NCBI GenBank assembly: GCA_965249275.1
Contig: CBDFLQ010000006.1
Span: 768,001 to 832,000, forward strand
Source: Dehalococcoidia bacterium
Lineage (GTDB): Bacteria > Chloroflexota > Dehalococcoidia > Plut-88900
DNA: 64,000 bases
Reading direction: 5' to 3'
The notes beneath the pieces are model-generated. The model saw only the letters and a program-made list of their open reading frames with translations. It did no database searches and was not told where the DNA came from. The translations under genes and the position numbers were made by a program. The first letter of the stretch is position 1. Each line of letters begins with the position of its first letter. Shown one piece after another: positions 28,975 to 38,795 of the stretch.

Positions 28975-29790
28975 ATGCCGAATGCAGGCGGCAGACTTGA
29001 AGGAAAGACAGCCCTAATAACGGGGGCCGGGTCCAGCGGGCCGGGCATGGGGAATGGGAAGGCCACGGCTATTCTTTTCGCTCGGGAGGGCGCCAAAGTA
29101 CTCTTGGCGGACCTGCACGAAGACCGTGCCCGCGAGACCCTCGTGACGATAGAGGCGGAGGGAGGAGTGGCATCCACCATCGAGGTTGATGTCACTGTCG
29201 AAGAAGACGCCAGCCGTCTCGCTGAGACGGCCATCGAGCGCTACGGCCGCATCGACGTGCTGGTCAACAACGTGGGCATTTCGAAGCGGGGGTCGGTGCT
29301 GGACGTTACGCCTGAGGAGTGGGACCGGGTAATGGCCGTCAACGTGAAGAGCATGATGTTGTGCAGCCGTCACGTCGTGCCCCGCATGAAAGAGGGCGGC
29401 GGTGGATCGATAATAAACATTGCCTCCACCGCGGGCCTCAGGGCTCACCACAGCACACCCTATACCACCTCCAAGGCGGCGGTTATCGGGCTGACGTTTT
29501 CGATGGCCGCCGACCACGGCCCCGACAACATTCGGGTGAATGCAATAGCTCCAGGTTTGGTCTACACGCCGATGGTCGCTCCTCGGATGGAAGAGGGGAT
29601 GCGGGAGAGGCGGATGGCGGCGGCGCCCCTCGGGACGGAGGGGACGGGATGGGATGTGGGGTGGGCGGCGGTGTTCCTGGCGAGCGACGAGGCTCGGTGG
29701 ATAACTGGCGTCACCCTACCCGTTGATGCGGGTCTGAGTGTGACGACGGGGATTACTTATCAGCCGCTGTTGCAACAGAATTGGAAGTAG
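28975..29790 (+). CDS. SDR family oxidoreductase
   Basis: TGAG..GNG, NNVG, YTTSK, IRVNAIAPG. Confidence 0.93.
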   Translation: MPNAGGRLEGKTALITGAGSSGPGMGNGKATAILFAREGAKVLLADLHEDRARETLVTIEAEGGVASTIEVDVTVEEDASRLAETAIERYGRIDVLVNNVGISKRGSVLDVTPEEWDRVMAVNVKSMMLCSRHVVPRMKEGGGGSIINIASTAGLRAHHSTPYTTSKAAVIGLTFSMAADHGPDNIRVNAIAPGLVYTPMVAPRMEEGMRERRMAAAPLGTEGTGWDVGWAAVFLASDEARWITGVTLPVDAGLSVTTGITYQPLLQQNWK

Positions 29791-29923
29791 GCCCGCCCAA
29801 CCACTTCTAATCACAAAGTCATCCGCATCTATAAGGTACACATCGCACGCTGCGATGTGAGAATAATCTCCCTGCAGCCACGCTTCCTTCCGAGTGATAC
29901 ACCCTCGCAAGAACAGCCGTACG

Positions 29924-30652
29924 CTACCGCAAGTGCTGGGCTGACAGGCCGGCGACAACTCCGAAATGGTCTGAGAGTTTTCTCCCTTCGTGGATGTTGC
30001 TGATCACATCCAGGGAGCCAACTTCTAAATCATTACTCAGAGCAATGTGGTCGATGCTCTTGCGTCCCTGGAAGGCAAGATCTGATGTAGCGATTTTCCT
30101 GCTCGATGGGAACGCCTTTTGAAGCGCCAGCCGCAGGTCGGGACGTGCGCGGCTGCCTGTTCCTATAGCTTGATTGAAGTCCCCCATCACTATCAGACGC
30201 TTCGCAGTCGCCTGTCCGAGAACTTCGGTGAGAGCACCTAGATACTTTTCATGGTCTTCCCAGCGCATCTTGCGTTCCAATTTGCGTCTGGCCTCGGTCC
30301 GTGATCCGAACCAGGGAATGCAGACTCCAATGACTGTTACCTTGCCCAAGGAAGTACGTGTGACTCCAGCCACGAACCGGCCCGGTGGCATCGAATCGAG
30401 CCCCAGATCATCAACTTCGTCCCAAGGTTCTCTCGACCAGAGTATGACCTTACGCCGGCTCATCTTGATTCCGTACCCCGCGTCGGGCTGTGAGCAGATG
30501 GTGTACCCGCGTTGAGACAGCAACCTTACATCCGTCTCGGTGAGACAGACGACCTCGGGGACATGACCTTCAATACGGCTCAGTATTTCAGTGGTGCGCC
30601 GTGATCTAGGGGTCGCCCACTCGACATTCCATGTAACCGCTTTCAATGACAT
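29924..30652 (-). CDS. Endonuclease/exonuclease/phosphatase family protein
   Basis: TWNVE, CLTE, MGDFN, IDHI, SDH. Confidence 0.88.
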   Translation of the reverse strand: MSLKAVTWNVEWATPRSRRTTEILSRIEGHVPEVVCLTETDVRLLSQRGYTICSQPDAGYGIKMSRRKVILWSREPWDEVDDLGLDSMPPGRFVAGVTRTSLGKVTVIGVCIPWFGSRTEARRKLERKMRWEDHEKYLGALTEVLGQATAKRLIVMGDFNQAIGTGSRARPDLRLALQKAFPSSRKIATSDLAFQGRKSIDHIALSNDLEVGSLDVISNIHEGRKLSDHFGVVAGLSAQHLR

Positions 30653-30856
30653 ATCCTGCTTTCTTCGCCTACCCTTGGGATGGTCGCCTACAAGGTCACT
30701 AGAAGCCAACTCTGAATATCGCTGCCTCAGACCACTCTCTACCTTTAGTTTAAGGTACGCCATATCAAGCGCCTACAAGTTCAGTTTGGAATGCCAGTCT
30801 GAAATGACACGCTGCGTGGTATACTGTTCCCACTCACGTAGGCAAAGGAGGCACCC

Positions 30857-31414
30857 ATGGTCAGTGAAATGCTGAAAACTATGATCGCCCTAGACCCGAG
30901 GGGCGACGAGAATCTCGAAGAGCACATCGATATGGCCCCAAAGATCGACAGCCTCAACGGCAAGCGCATCGGGCTCTTGCACGACCGCAGGCTCAACGGC
31001 GACAAGCTCCTCTGGATGGTCACCGATCTCATCAAGTCAGAGTACGAGATCTCCGACGTCACCTTCGTCGCCAGGCCAAACGTCTCCGACGTATCACCCC
31101 CAGAGCTCCTCGACGAGTTGGCGGAGAAGGCGGACGCCACCCTGATTGCGATCGGGGACTGAGGCTCCTGCAGTACGTGCTGTATGCACGACGCGATCTC
31201 CCTCGAAGACCGGGGCGTACCCACCGCCGTCATAATCAGTGACCAGTTCATACCCGGAGTGCAGGCCATAGCCCGTACCCGCGGCCTCCCCGACTACCCG
31301 TTCGTGGTGGTCAAGCACCCCATCGGCAGCCTAGCGGATGACGACCTGAAGGCACGGGCCAAGGACGCCCTGCCCCAGATTGTGGACATCCTCACGAACG
31401 GCAGGAGGTCCTAA
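30857..31414 (+). CDS. UGSC family selenoprotein paralog, TGA at 31160-31162 read as Sec
   Basis: AIGD-U-GSCSTCCMHDAISLEDRGVP...HPIG; AAGGAGG RBS; TGnTATACT extended -10 at 30817-30825. Confidence 0.92.
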
Positions 31415-31456
31415 CTCCTGCCGAGCTAGACGATTTCATAAGAAACCAGGCTCGGT

Positions 31457-31491
31457 GGAAAAGCCGACGGGATAATCCCGTCGGCTTTTCC
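31457..31491. terminator. Perfect 16-bp inverted repeat, likely intrinsic terminator
   Basis: GGAAAAGCCGACGGGA-TAA-TCCCGTCGGCTTTTCC. Confidence 0.7.
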
Positions 31492-31586
31492 CGTTTCAAT
31501 GAACACCGAGTCTCATGCCTCCAAGACCAAAAGTGATATACTTCACGACGCCTGTCCAGGGAGGATCGACGCACGGAAAGGCAGCA

Positions 31587-32807
31587 ATGAAAGGCTCTAT
31601 AGAACGGATTGAAGGCGGCACCGTTACCAGTCCCAAAGGGTTCAGCGCCGGCGGTGTCTACTGCGGAGTCAAACCCTACGGCGACGACAAACTGGACCTC
31701 GGCCTTATCTACTCGAAGGCCCGCGCCGCTGCTGCCGCCGTCTTCACCAAGAACCGAGTAACGGCACCCGCAATTCTGATCAACAGGGACTACCTGAAAG
31801 ACCCGTATGCTCAAGCCGTTGTGGTAAACAGCGGGATCGCTAACGTGTCCGTCGGGGAGCAGGGGCGGATCGATGCGGTGGAGATGTCAGTGTTGGCGGG
31901 GAATAAGCTCGGGGTTGCGGCGGAGGACGTGCTGGTCGCCAGTACAGGCGTCATAGGCGTCGAACTGCCGATGGCCCGAATACGGGCGGGTATAGAGGAA
32001 ATCGAGGTCACCGAGGCCGGAGGGCCGCTCATGGCGCGGGCCATCATGACCACCGACACCCACCCCAAGGAGATAGCCGTCTCCTTCGACGCGGGGGGCG
32101 GGAGTCGGGCGGTTGTGGGTGGGATAGCCAAGGGCGCGGGGATGGTGCACCCAGACATGGCGACTATGCTCTCCTTCATTGCGACAGATGCCGCGGTCGA
32201 ACCTGCATTCCTCCAGCAGTGCCTGCAAAATGCTGTAGACGACTCCTTCAATATGATAAGCATCGACGGAGACACCAGTACCAGCGACACCGTCGCCATC
32301 CTGGCCAACGGGCTGGCAGGGAATGCGCCTATCTCGGGAGACGGGGCCGGGGGGGAGGCCTTTTCGAAGGCGCTGAAACAGATCTGCACCTTCCTAGCCA
32401 AGCAGATAGCTCGGGACGGTGAGGGTGCCACTAAGCTAATCGAAATCATCATCGAAAAGGCACGCTCGCAGGAGGAGGCTCGGAACGCGGCCCGAATCAT
32501 ATCGACCTCCATGCTGGTGAAGAGCGCAATACACGGGAACGACCCCAACTGGGGTCGGCTCATGGCGGCGCTGGGACGAACGGGCGCCTATATCGAAGAG
32601 TCCAAGACAGACCTCTTCATCAATGATATTTTCATGCTCAACAACGGCACCCCCGTCCCCTATTACGAAGACGCGGTCTCCCGTTCACTGGACCAGGAAG
32701 AGGTCTCGATCAAGCTGGTCCTGAATGTTGGGGAAGCGTCGGCGACGGCGTGGACGTGCGATCTCTCCGAGGAATACGTCACCTTCAACAGCGAGTACAC
32801 GACCTAG
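31587..32807 (+). CDS. argJ: Ornithine acetyltransferase/N-acetylglutamate synthase
   Basis: NSGIAN, STGVIG, TTDT, AKGAGM.HPDMATML, DGEGATK, DPNWGR. Confidence 0.96.
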   Translation: MKGSIERIEGGTVTSPKGFSAGGVYCGVKPYGDDKLDLGLIYSKARAAAAAVFTKNRVTAPAILINRDYLKDPYAQAVVVNSGIANVSVGEQGRIDAVEMSVLAGNKLGVAAEDVLVASTGVIGVELPMARIRAGIEEIEVTEAGGPLMARAIMTTDTHPKEIAVSFDAGGGSRAVVGGIAKGAGMVHPDMATMLSFIATDAAVEPAFLQQCLQNAVDDSFNMISIDGDTSTSDTVAILANGLAGNAPISGDGAGGEAFSKALKQICTFLAKQIARDGEGATKLIEIIIEKARSQEEARNAARIISTSMLVKSAIHGNDPNWGRLMAALGRTGAYIEESKTDLFINDIFMLNNGTPVPYYEDAVSRSLDQEEVSIKLVLNVGEASATAWTCDLSEEYVTFNSEYTT

Positions 32808-32819
32808 GCCCGGGACAAG

Positions 32820-33611
32820 GTGAAGGGGATGCGTCAGGCAGTAGTCAAGATAGGGGGAGGGGCCCTCGGCGCGTCCGACACCCTATTCTCAGACCTGGCT
32901 GCCCTACAGCGCGACGGAGCTGAGATTATCGTCGTTCACGGCGGCGGTAACGTTGTGTCAGACTGGCAGCGGCGTCATGGGGTCGAGGCGCGATTCGTTC
33001 GCGGTCTGCGGGTCACCGACGGTCCAGCACTTGAAGTCGCCACGGCCGTCCTCGCAGGTCTTGTAAACAAGGAACTGGTCGCCTCGATAGCCGGGTGCGG
33101 GGGTCGAGCCGTGGGTCTGAGTGGCGTGGACGGAGGAATAATCCAGGCGGAGGTGCAGGACTCGGAGCTGGGGTATGTGGGTCGGGTCACGGGGGTGGAC
33201 CCCATGCCCTTAGAGGCCCTTGTTAAGAGCGGTTTTCTCCCAGTCCTGTCGCCCATAGCCTCCCAACGGCGAAACGGCAGCGCAGACTGGAGGGGCATCC
33301 TGAACGTCAACGCCGACACCGTGGCCGGCGCCCTCGCCTCCGAAATCCATGCCTCCACCCTTGTCTTTCTTACCGACGTGGAAGGGATTTTGGACGAGAC
33401 CGGCACCTGTGCATCCTCCCTTTCGAGAGACGATGTCCAGAACATGATCGAATCCGGAGTCATCAACTCGGGTATGATTCCCAAAGCCGAGGCGTGCCTA
33501 AAGGCGTCAAAAGCGTCGGTAAGGGCGGTGATAACTGACGGGCGCAGACCGCACGCCCTATTGGACGCAGTGGAAGGTCGGGGGCCGGGGACGTGGTTTG
33601 GTGGAGGATAG
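32820..33611 (+). CDS. argB: Acetylglutamate kinase
   Basis: VVKIGG, VHGGG, GLRVTD, NVNAD, GMIPK. Confidence 0.95.
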   Translation: MKGMRQAVVKIGGGALGASDTLFSDLAALQRDGAEIIVVHGGGNVVSDWQRRHGVEARFVRGLRVTDGPALEVATAVLAGLVNKELVASIAGCGGRAVGLSGVDGGIIQAEVQDSELGYVGRVTGVDPMPLEALVKSGFLPVLSPIASQRRNGSADWRGILNVNADTVAGALASEIHASTLVFLTDVEGILDETGTCASSLSRDDVQNMIESGVINSGMIPKAEACLKASKASVRAVITDGRRPHALLDAVEGRGPGTWFGGG

Positions 33612-33639
33612 TTAGCTGACATTAGTAAGGAAAAAGGAA

Positions 33640-33699
33640 CACCCTCACTCGCCTCAGCGAGTCTTCGACCCTAGCCCTCTCCCATCAAGGGAGAGGGGA
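33640..33699. repeat. Family A repeat, long variant
   Basis: Between argB and argD. Confidence 0.8.
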
Positions 33700-33835
33700 T
33701 AGGAAACCTCCACCCACGGGGCCCATTGGCAATATCGTGGAAAGCGAAGCATAAGCGGGCCGCCTGCATGCGCCTTAGATCCCTCGCGTGGCCTCGGGAT
33801 GACAATGCTATCGGGTCTTTAGAAAGGAAAACAAT

Positions 33836-35026
33836 ATGGTGAACTGGCAAGAGCTGGAAGCCAAGTATTTTATGAGCACGGGCCGCCGACAGCCCTTGAC
33901 CCTGGTCAGGGGCGAGGGCGTCAGGGTCTGGGATGAAGACGAGAAGGAGTACCTGGACTTCGTGGGCGGGATCGCGGTCACGGGGCTGGGGCACTGCCAC
34001 CCTGTACTGGTCGAGGCGCTGCAGAAGCAGAGCCAGACTCTCTGGCACGTCTCCAACCTTTATTACACGGTGCCCCAGGTAAAGTTGGCCCAGCTCCTGG
34101 TCGAAAACTCCTGCTGCGACGAAGTGTTCTTCCAAAACAGCGGAGCGGAAGCCAACGAAGCGGCCATAAAACTCGCCCGAAAGCACGGCAAGGTCAACCT
34201 GAACGGGGCCTACGAGGTCATTTCGGCGATGAACTCGTTCCACGGGCGCACGTTCGCCATGGTCGCAGCCACGGGCCAGCCCGACCACCAGGCCACCTTC
34301 ACCCCCCTCCCCCAGGGCTTCAGCAACGTCCCATTTGACGACATTGAGGCCATCATATCCGCCACATCCGAGAGCACGTGCGCAGTGATGCTGGAACCCA
34401 TCCAAGGCGAGGGCGGCGTTAATGTCCCCTCCCGCGAGTATCTCCAGCAGGTCCGGGACTGGTGCGACCAGCGGAACCTGCTCCTTATCTTCGACGAGGT
34501 CCAGACGGGTATCGGGAGGACGGGCAACCTGTTCGCCTACGAGCATTTCGGCGTAGAGCCCGACGTGATTACCCTGGCCAAGGCCCTCGGCGGGGGGTTC
34601 CCCATAGGCGCAGTCATGGCCAAGAAGGCGGCGTCCGTATTTGAACCCGGCGACCACGGCTCCACCTTCAGCGGAAACCCCTTGGGCACCGCCGTCGGCG
34701 CAGCAAACATGCGCTACATCCTGGAGAACGACGTTGTTGGCAATGCCCAAAGGGTCGGAGAGCGGCTACGGGCCGGCCTTGAAGGACTGACCGGCAAGCA
34801 CGACCTGGCCGTCGGGGTGCGGGGCGTCGGGCTGCTCCTGGCTCTTGCCCTGAGCGAAAATGTCTCGGGCGCCCTGGTCAATGAGTGCCGCGAACGCGGC
34901 CTGTTAGTGAACCCCGTAAAGCCCAATGCGCTCCGACTCATCCCGCCCCTGATTCTCTCCGATGATGAGGCGGACAAGGCAATCGAAATACTGGATGCGG
35001 CCCTCGGGGCCGTGGCTCAAGCCTAG
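33836..35026 (+). CDS. argD: Acetylornithine aminotransferase
   Basis: NSGAEANE, FHGRT, EPIQGEGG, DEVQTG, LAKALGGG, HGSTF. Confidence 0.95.
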   Translation: MVNWQELEAKYFMSTGRRQPLTLVRGEGVRVWDEDEKEYLDFVGGIAVTGLGHCHPVLVEALQKQSQTLWHVSNLYYTVPQVKLAQLLVENSCCDEVFFQNSGAEANEAAIKLARKHGKVNLNGAYEVISAMNSFHGRTFAMVAATGQPDHQATFTPLPQGFSNVPFDDIEAIISATSESTCAVMLEPIQGEGGVNVPSREYLQQVRDWCDQRNLLLIFDEVQTGIGRTGNLFAYEHFGVEPDVITLAKALGGGFPIGAVMAKKAASVFEPGDHGSTFSGNPLGTAVGAANMRYILENDVVGNAQRVGERLRAGLEGLTGKHDLAVGVRGVGLLLALALSENVSGALVNECRERGLLVNPVKPNALRLIPPLILSDDEADKAIEILDAALGAVAQA

Positions 35027-35043
35027 ACTTACAGAGGAATAAC

Positions 35044-36282
35044 GTGACCCAAAAGATCGTCCTTGCATATAGCGGAGGGCTCGATACCTCCGTAGCCATC
35101 AAATGGCTTTCCGACCGCTACAACGCCGAGATCGTGACCCTTACCGTAGACGTGGGCGGCGAGATAGACCTGGAAAAGGTGCGTCAGCGGGCCTTGGGCA
35201 CGGGGGCCGTCCAGGCCGAGGTACTCAACGCCCGGGAAGACTTCGTAAAGTTCTTCGTTTGGCCCGCCCTGCAGGCTGGCGCCGTTTACGAAGGCAAATA
35301 CCCCCTGGCCACCGCCCTCGCCCGACCTCTCATGGCCAAACTCCTCGTGGACGTGGCCCTGGAGACGGGCGCGTATGCCGTCGCCCACGGCTGTACCGGC
35401 AAAGGGAACGACCAAGTCCGGTTCGACGTGAGCGTCGGGGCCCTTGCGCCTGGGTTGGAGATTATTGCACCCGCCCGCGAGTGGGGCATGACCCGGGAGC
35501 AGGAGATCGACTACGCAAAGGAGCACAGCATCCCCGTGCCCCTCACCAAGGCCAATCCCTACTCCATCGATGAGAACTTGTGGGGTCGGAGCATCGAGAC
35601 AGGGGTGTTGGAAGACCCGTGGGTCGAACCACCGGAGGACGTTTACCAGTGGACCGTATCCTCAGCTAACGCACCTGACGAACCGGAATACCACGAGATC
35701 GAATTCGAGACGGGTATTCCAGTTCGGCTGGATGGTCGGGACATCGGTGGTGTGGAGCTGATCGACATACTGAACAAGGCCGCCGGGGCCCACGGGGTGG
35801 GTCGAATAGACCACGTGGAGAACCGGTTGGTCGGCATTAAGTCTCGGGAGATATATGAGGCACCCGCGGGCATAGTCCTCACCGCCGCGCACCGGGCCCT
35901 TGAAGACATGACCCTCAGCAAGGAGCAGGCCCGGTTCAAGGAGAGGGTGGCCCAGGAATACGCCGACCTGATCTACAACGGCCTCTGGTTCACCGCCCAC
36001 CACCAGGACCTAGCCTCCTACGTGCAGAGCACCCAGCGCCACGTCACCGGCACGATAAGGGTGAAGTTGCACAAGGGCCAGTGCACGGTGGTCGGGCGTA
36101 AGGCTCCGCAGGCACTTTACCAGTTCGAGCTAGCGACCTACGACCAGGGAGACACCTTCGACCAGAGCGCGTCAAAGGGATTCATAGACATCTTTGGACT
36201 GCCGGTCAGGACCCAGGCCCGAATCCAGCTGCTGGAACAGCCGGGCGGGGCCCTCGGGATCACAGGGCCGGCCGCCGACTAG
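35044..36282 (+). CDS. argG: Argininosuccinate synthase
   Basis: LAYSGGLDTS, HGCTGKGNDQVRF, ENRLVGIKSRE. Confidence 0.97.
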   Translation: MTQKIVLAYSGGLDTSVAIKWLSDRYNAEIVTLTVDVGGEIDLEKVRQRALGTGAVQAEVLNAREDFVKFFVWPALQAGAVYEGKYPLATALARPLMAKLLVDVALETGAYAVAHGCTGKGNDQVRFDVSVGALAPGLEIIAPAREWGMTREQEIDYAKEHSIPVPLTKANPYSIDENLWGRSIETGVLEDPWVEPPEDVYQWTVSSANAPDEPEYHEIEFETGIPVRLDGRDIGGVELIDILNKAAGAHGVGRIDHVENRLVGIKSREIYEAPAGIVLTAAHRALEDMTLSKEQARFKERVAQEYADLIYNGLWFTAHHQDLASYVQSTQRHVTGTIRVKLHKGQCTVVGRKAPQALYQFELATYDQGDTFDQSASKGFIDIFGLPVRTQARIQLLEQPGGALGITGPAAD

Positions 36283-36326
36283 CCGACAATCGAAGCCACG
36301 ACCACATAGACCTCAGGGAGGACCGG

Positions 36327-37484
36327 ATGAGCATTGTCCTAACGGAAGAGCAGAAGCAGATGGTCTCGACCATCCGGGAGTTCGTCAATCGGGACGTGAA
36401 GCCCTACGTCTCCGAGCTTGAGCACGCCGACGAGTATCCCCACGAGATGGTGGAGAAGATGAAGGAGATGGGCCTGTTCGGGGCCGTGGTTCCGAGGGAG
36501 TATGGGGGCCTGGGGCTCGACAATGTCACCTTCGCCCTCATCATCGAAGAGCTTTGCAAGGGTTGGATGAGTCTCAGCGGCACCATCGGCAGCCACTCCA
36601 TAATGACCTACGCCATCGTCAAGTTCGGTACGGAGGAGCAGAAGCAGCGCTTTCTGCCCCAAATCGTCACGGGCGAAAAGCGCGGAGGCATCGGGCTCAC
36701 CGAGCCGGGCGGCGGCAGCGACCTCCAGTCAATCCAGACCATGGCTGTGAAAGATGGCGATGATTATGTTATCAACGGCTCCAAGATGTTCGTCACCAAC
36801 GGCATCCAAGGCAACACCTTCGCTCTGCTGACCAAGACGGACCCCGAAGCCAACCCGACCTACCGAGGCATAAGCCTCTTCATCATCGAAAAAGGCGGCG
36901 AAGGCTTCACTGTCGGCAAGAAGATCAAGAAGCTCGGGTATCGGGGCATCGACACTACGGAGTTCGCCTTCGACGACTTCCGCGTGCCGATAACCAACCT
37001 CCTGGGCGAGGTGGAGGGGCAGGGGTTCAAACACATCATGTCGGGGTTGGAGGGTGGTAGGGTGAACATCGCGGCCCGGGCCGTGGGTGTCGCCCAAGCC
37101 GCGTTCGACGCCGCCATAACTTACGCCCAGCAGAGGGTGACCTTTGGGAAGCCTATCGCCGAGCACCAGGCCATCCAGCTAAAACTCGCCGATATGGCTA
37201 CAAAGATAGAGGCAGCCCGCCTCCTAACCCTGTCCGCCGCAGCCAAGAAGGACCGGGGCGAGAGGTCGGACCTGGAGGCCGGCATGGCCAAGCTATTCGC
37301 CAGCGAGACCGCCCACGAGGTCACCATGGAGGCCATGCGTATTCACGGCGGCTATGGCTACACAGAGGAATTCCCTGTCGAGCGCTACTTCCGGGACGCG
37401 CCCCTCATGATGATCGGCGAGGGAACCAACGAAATCCAGAAGCTGGTTATCGCACGTAACCTGCTCAAGAAGCACCAGATATAA
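36327..37484 (+). CDS. Acyl-CoA dehydrogenase
   Basis: LTEPGGGSD, NGSKMFVTNG, IHGGYGY, IGEGTNEIQ. Confidence 0.95.
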   Translation: MSIVLTEEQKQMVSTIREFVNRDVKPYVSELEHADEYPHEMVEKMKEMGLFGAVVPREYGGLGLDNVTFALIIEELCKGWMSLSGTIGSHSIMTYAIVKFGTEEQKQRFLPQIVTGEKRGGIGLTEPGGGSDLQSIQTMAVKDGDDYVINGSKMFVTNGIQGNTFALLTKTDPEANPTYRGISLFIIEKGGEGFTVGKKIKKLGYRGIDTTEFAFDDFRVPITNLLGEVEGQGFKHIMSGLEGGRVNIAARAVGVAQAAFDAAITYAQQRVTFGKPIAEHQAIQLKLADMATKIEAARLLTLSAAAKKDRGERSDLEAGMAKLFASETAHEVTMEAMRIHGGYGYTEEFPVERYFRDAPLMMIGEGTNEIQKLVIARNLLKKHQI

Positions 37485-37515
37485 CGAACCGAGACCCTAC
37501 CAACAGGAGCGAATT

Positions 37516-37995
37516 ATGGACCACGACGGACGAGAAGCCTTCGGGAGCTGGTACGACGACTACACGGTCGGGGACATCTACAAGCACTGGCCCGGCCGCA
37601 CAGTCAACGAGTACGACGACACCCTTTTCAGCATGATCACGATGAACCATGCTCCCCTTCACATCGACGAACACTACATGAGTGGGAGCCAGTTCGGGCA
37701 GAGGCTGGTGAACGGGCTATTCGTCATCAGCCTGGTCGTTGGCATGACGGTCAGGGAGATCAGCGGCAAGGCCATCGCAAACCTCGAATATGAGACCATC
37801 AAGCACCTGGGCCCGACCTTCCACGGCGACACCATCTACGCCGAGACTGAGATCCTGGAGAAGCGGGAGTCGAAGAGCAAGAATGATCGCGGCATCTTGT
37901 ACGTCGAGACCCGGGCGTGGAATCAAAGAGATGAGACGATTCTCACGCTGCGGCGTCGGGTGATGATTCCGAAGCGGGGGAACGGGGCGGGATAG
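37516..37995 (+). CDS. MaoC family dehydratase
   Basis: GRTV, MNHAPLHID, LVNG, PTFHGDT. Confidence 0.9.
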   Translation: MDHDGREAFGSWYDDYTVGDIYKHWPGRTVNEYDDTLFSMITMNHAPLHIDEHYMSGSQFGQRLVNGLFVISLVVGMTVREISGKAIANLEYETIKHLGPTFHGDTIYAETEILEKRESKSKNDRGILYVETRAWNQRDETILTLRRRVMIPKRGNGAG

Positions 37996-38048
37996 CGGGA
38001 GATGTTAAACTTGGTTGTGGACCAAGAAAGCCGACTGGGAGGAGTAAT

Positions 38049-38171
38049 ATGGCAGAAGAAAAGAAGAAACCTACTATAGCTCCTCAGCGCAGGGCTTTCG
38101 AGCCAACGTTGCCTGATCCAGGAATGGCCGTCAGGGATGCCAAGATTCCGAAAAAGGGACGCGGTAAATGA
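38049..38171 (+). CDS. Small 40-aa basic protein (below the ORF-track cutoff)
   Basis: GGGAGGAG RBS then MAEEKKKPTIAPQRRAFEPTLPDPGMAVRDAKIPKKGRGK*. Confidence 0.45.
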   Translation: MAEEKKKPTIAPQRRAFEPTLPDPGMAVRDAKIPKKGRGK

Positions 38172-38204
38172 CTATCGGATCATGTGCGTAGTCCCGTCCC
38201 GTAT

Positions 38205-38717
38205 TCAACCCAATACGAACAGCAACGTAGCCCACACACCTATCAAAAGTATCTCGGTTGCTGCTGAGAAGATCGTGATTCTTAGCCACCTGGCCTTGGC
38301 ATAGTAGGTGTCCATGTTTTCGATCCACCACTCCCCCATCCAATACAAAAGATTTTCATTGGCCTCGATAACATCCCTATCTACGTAGAACTCCGATATA
38401 GACGTCGGACTGGGGCCCACCTTATATGATGCCGGATCGAAGGCAATAACGAATGCGACGGTGGTTATCAAGAAGCTAGCGCTCGCCAAACTGAGTAGAA
38501 CGGTCAATGGAACGGTCCAAGCTTCCAGCGAGCTTGCCATGTTGGTAGCCCCGAGGGGAATGGCAATCCCGATTGCGAGTGCAGATACAGTAAAGACCCC
38601 CAGAGCCTTAGTGCCTATGGCCTCTATCCGCGTAATCACAAAATCGTTGCTGTCCTTGGCCATTCCAACCCAGGGTCGAATAGGGTCTTCCTGAGAATAA
38701 TTCAACTGAGTCACCAC
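38205..38717 (-). CDS. Hypothetical membrane protein (about 3 TM), AT-richer
   Basis: 170-aa ORF with three hydrophobic segments. Confidence 0.6.
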   Translation of the reverse strand: MVTQLNYSQEDPIRPWVGMAKDSNDFVITRIEAIGTKALGVFTVSALAIGIAIPLGATNMASSLEAWTVPLTVLLSLASASFLITTVAFVIAFDPASYKVGPSPTSISEFYVDRDVIEANENLLYWMGEWWIENMDTYYAKARWLRITIFSAATEILLIGVWATLLFVLG

Positions 38718-38795
38718 CTATTTGTCCTATATCATCGCACGCTGTCAATGTAGTGTTTAATTGTAGGTCTTTCAAGCATTCCACTCCTTATTAAC

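Noticed and set aside
31531-31546. GTGA-TATACT-TCAC palindrome upstream of argJ as an ARG box
   Set aside because: Single weak match that coincides with a -10 hexamer; not supportable without a PWM
33671-34750. Long antisense ORFs (also 17413..18300, 38868..39722, 48795..49784)
   Set aside because: Shadow frames of well-conserved genes in GC-rich DNA
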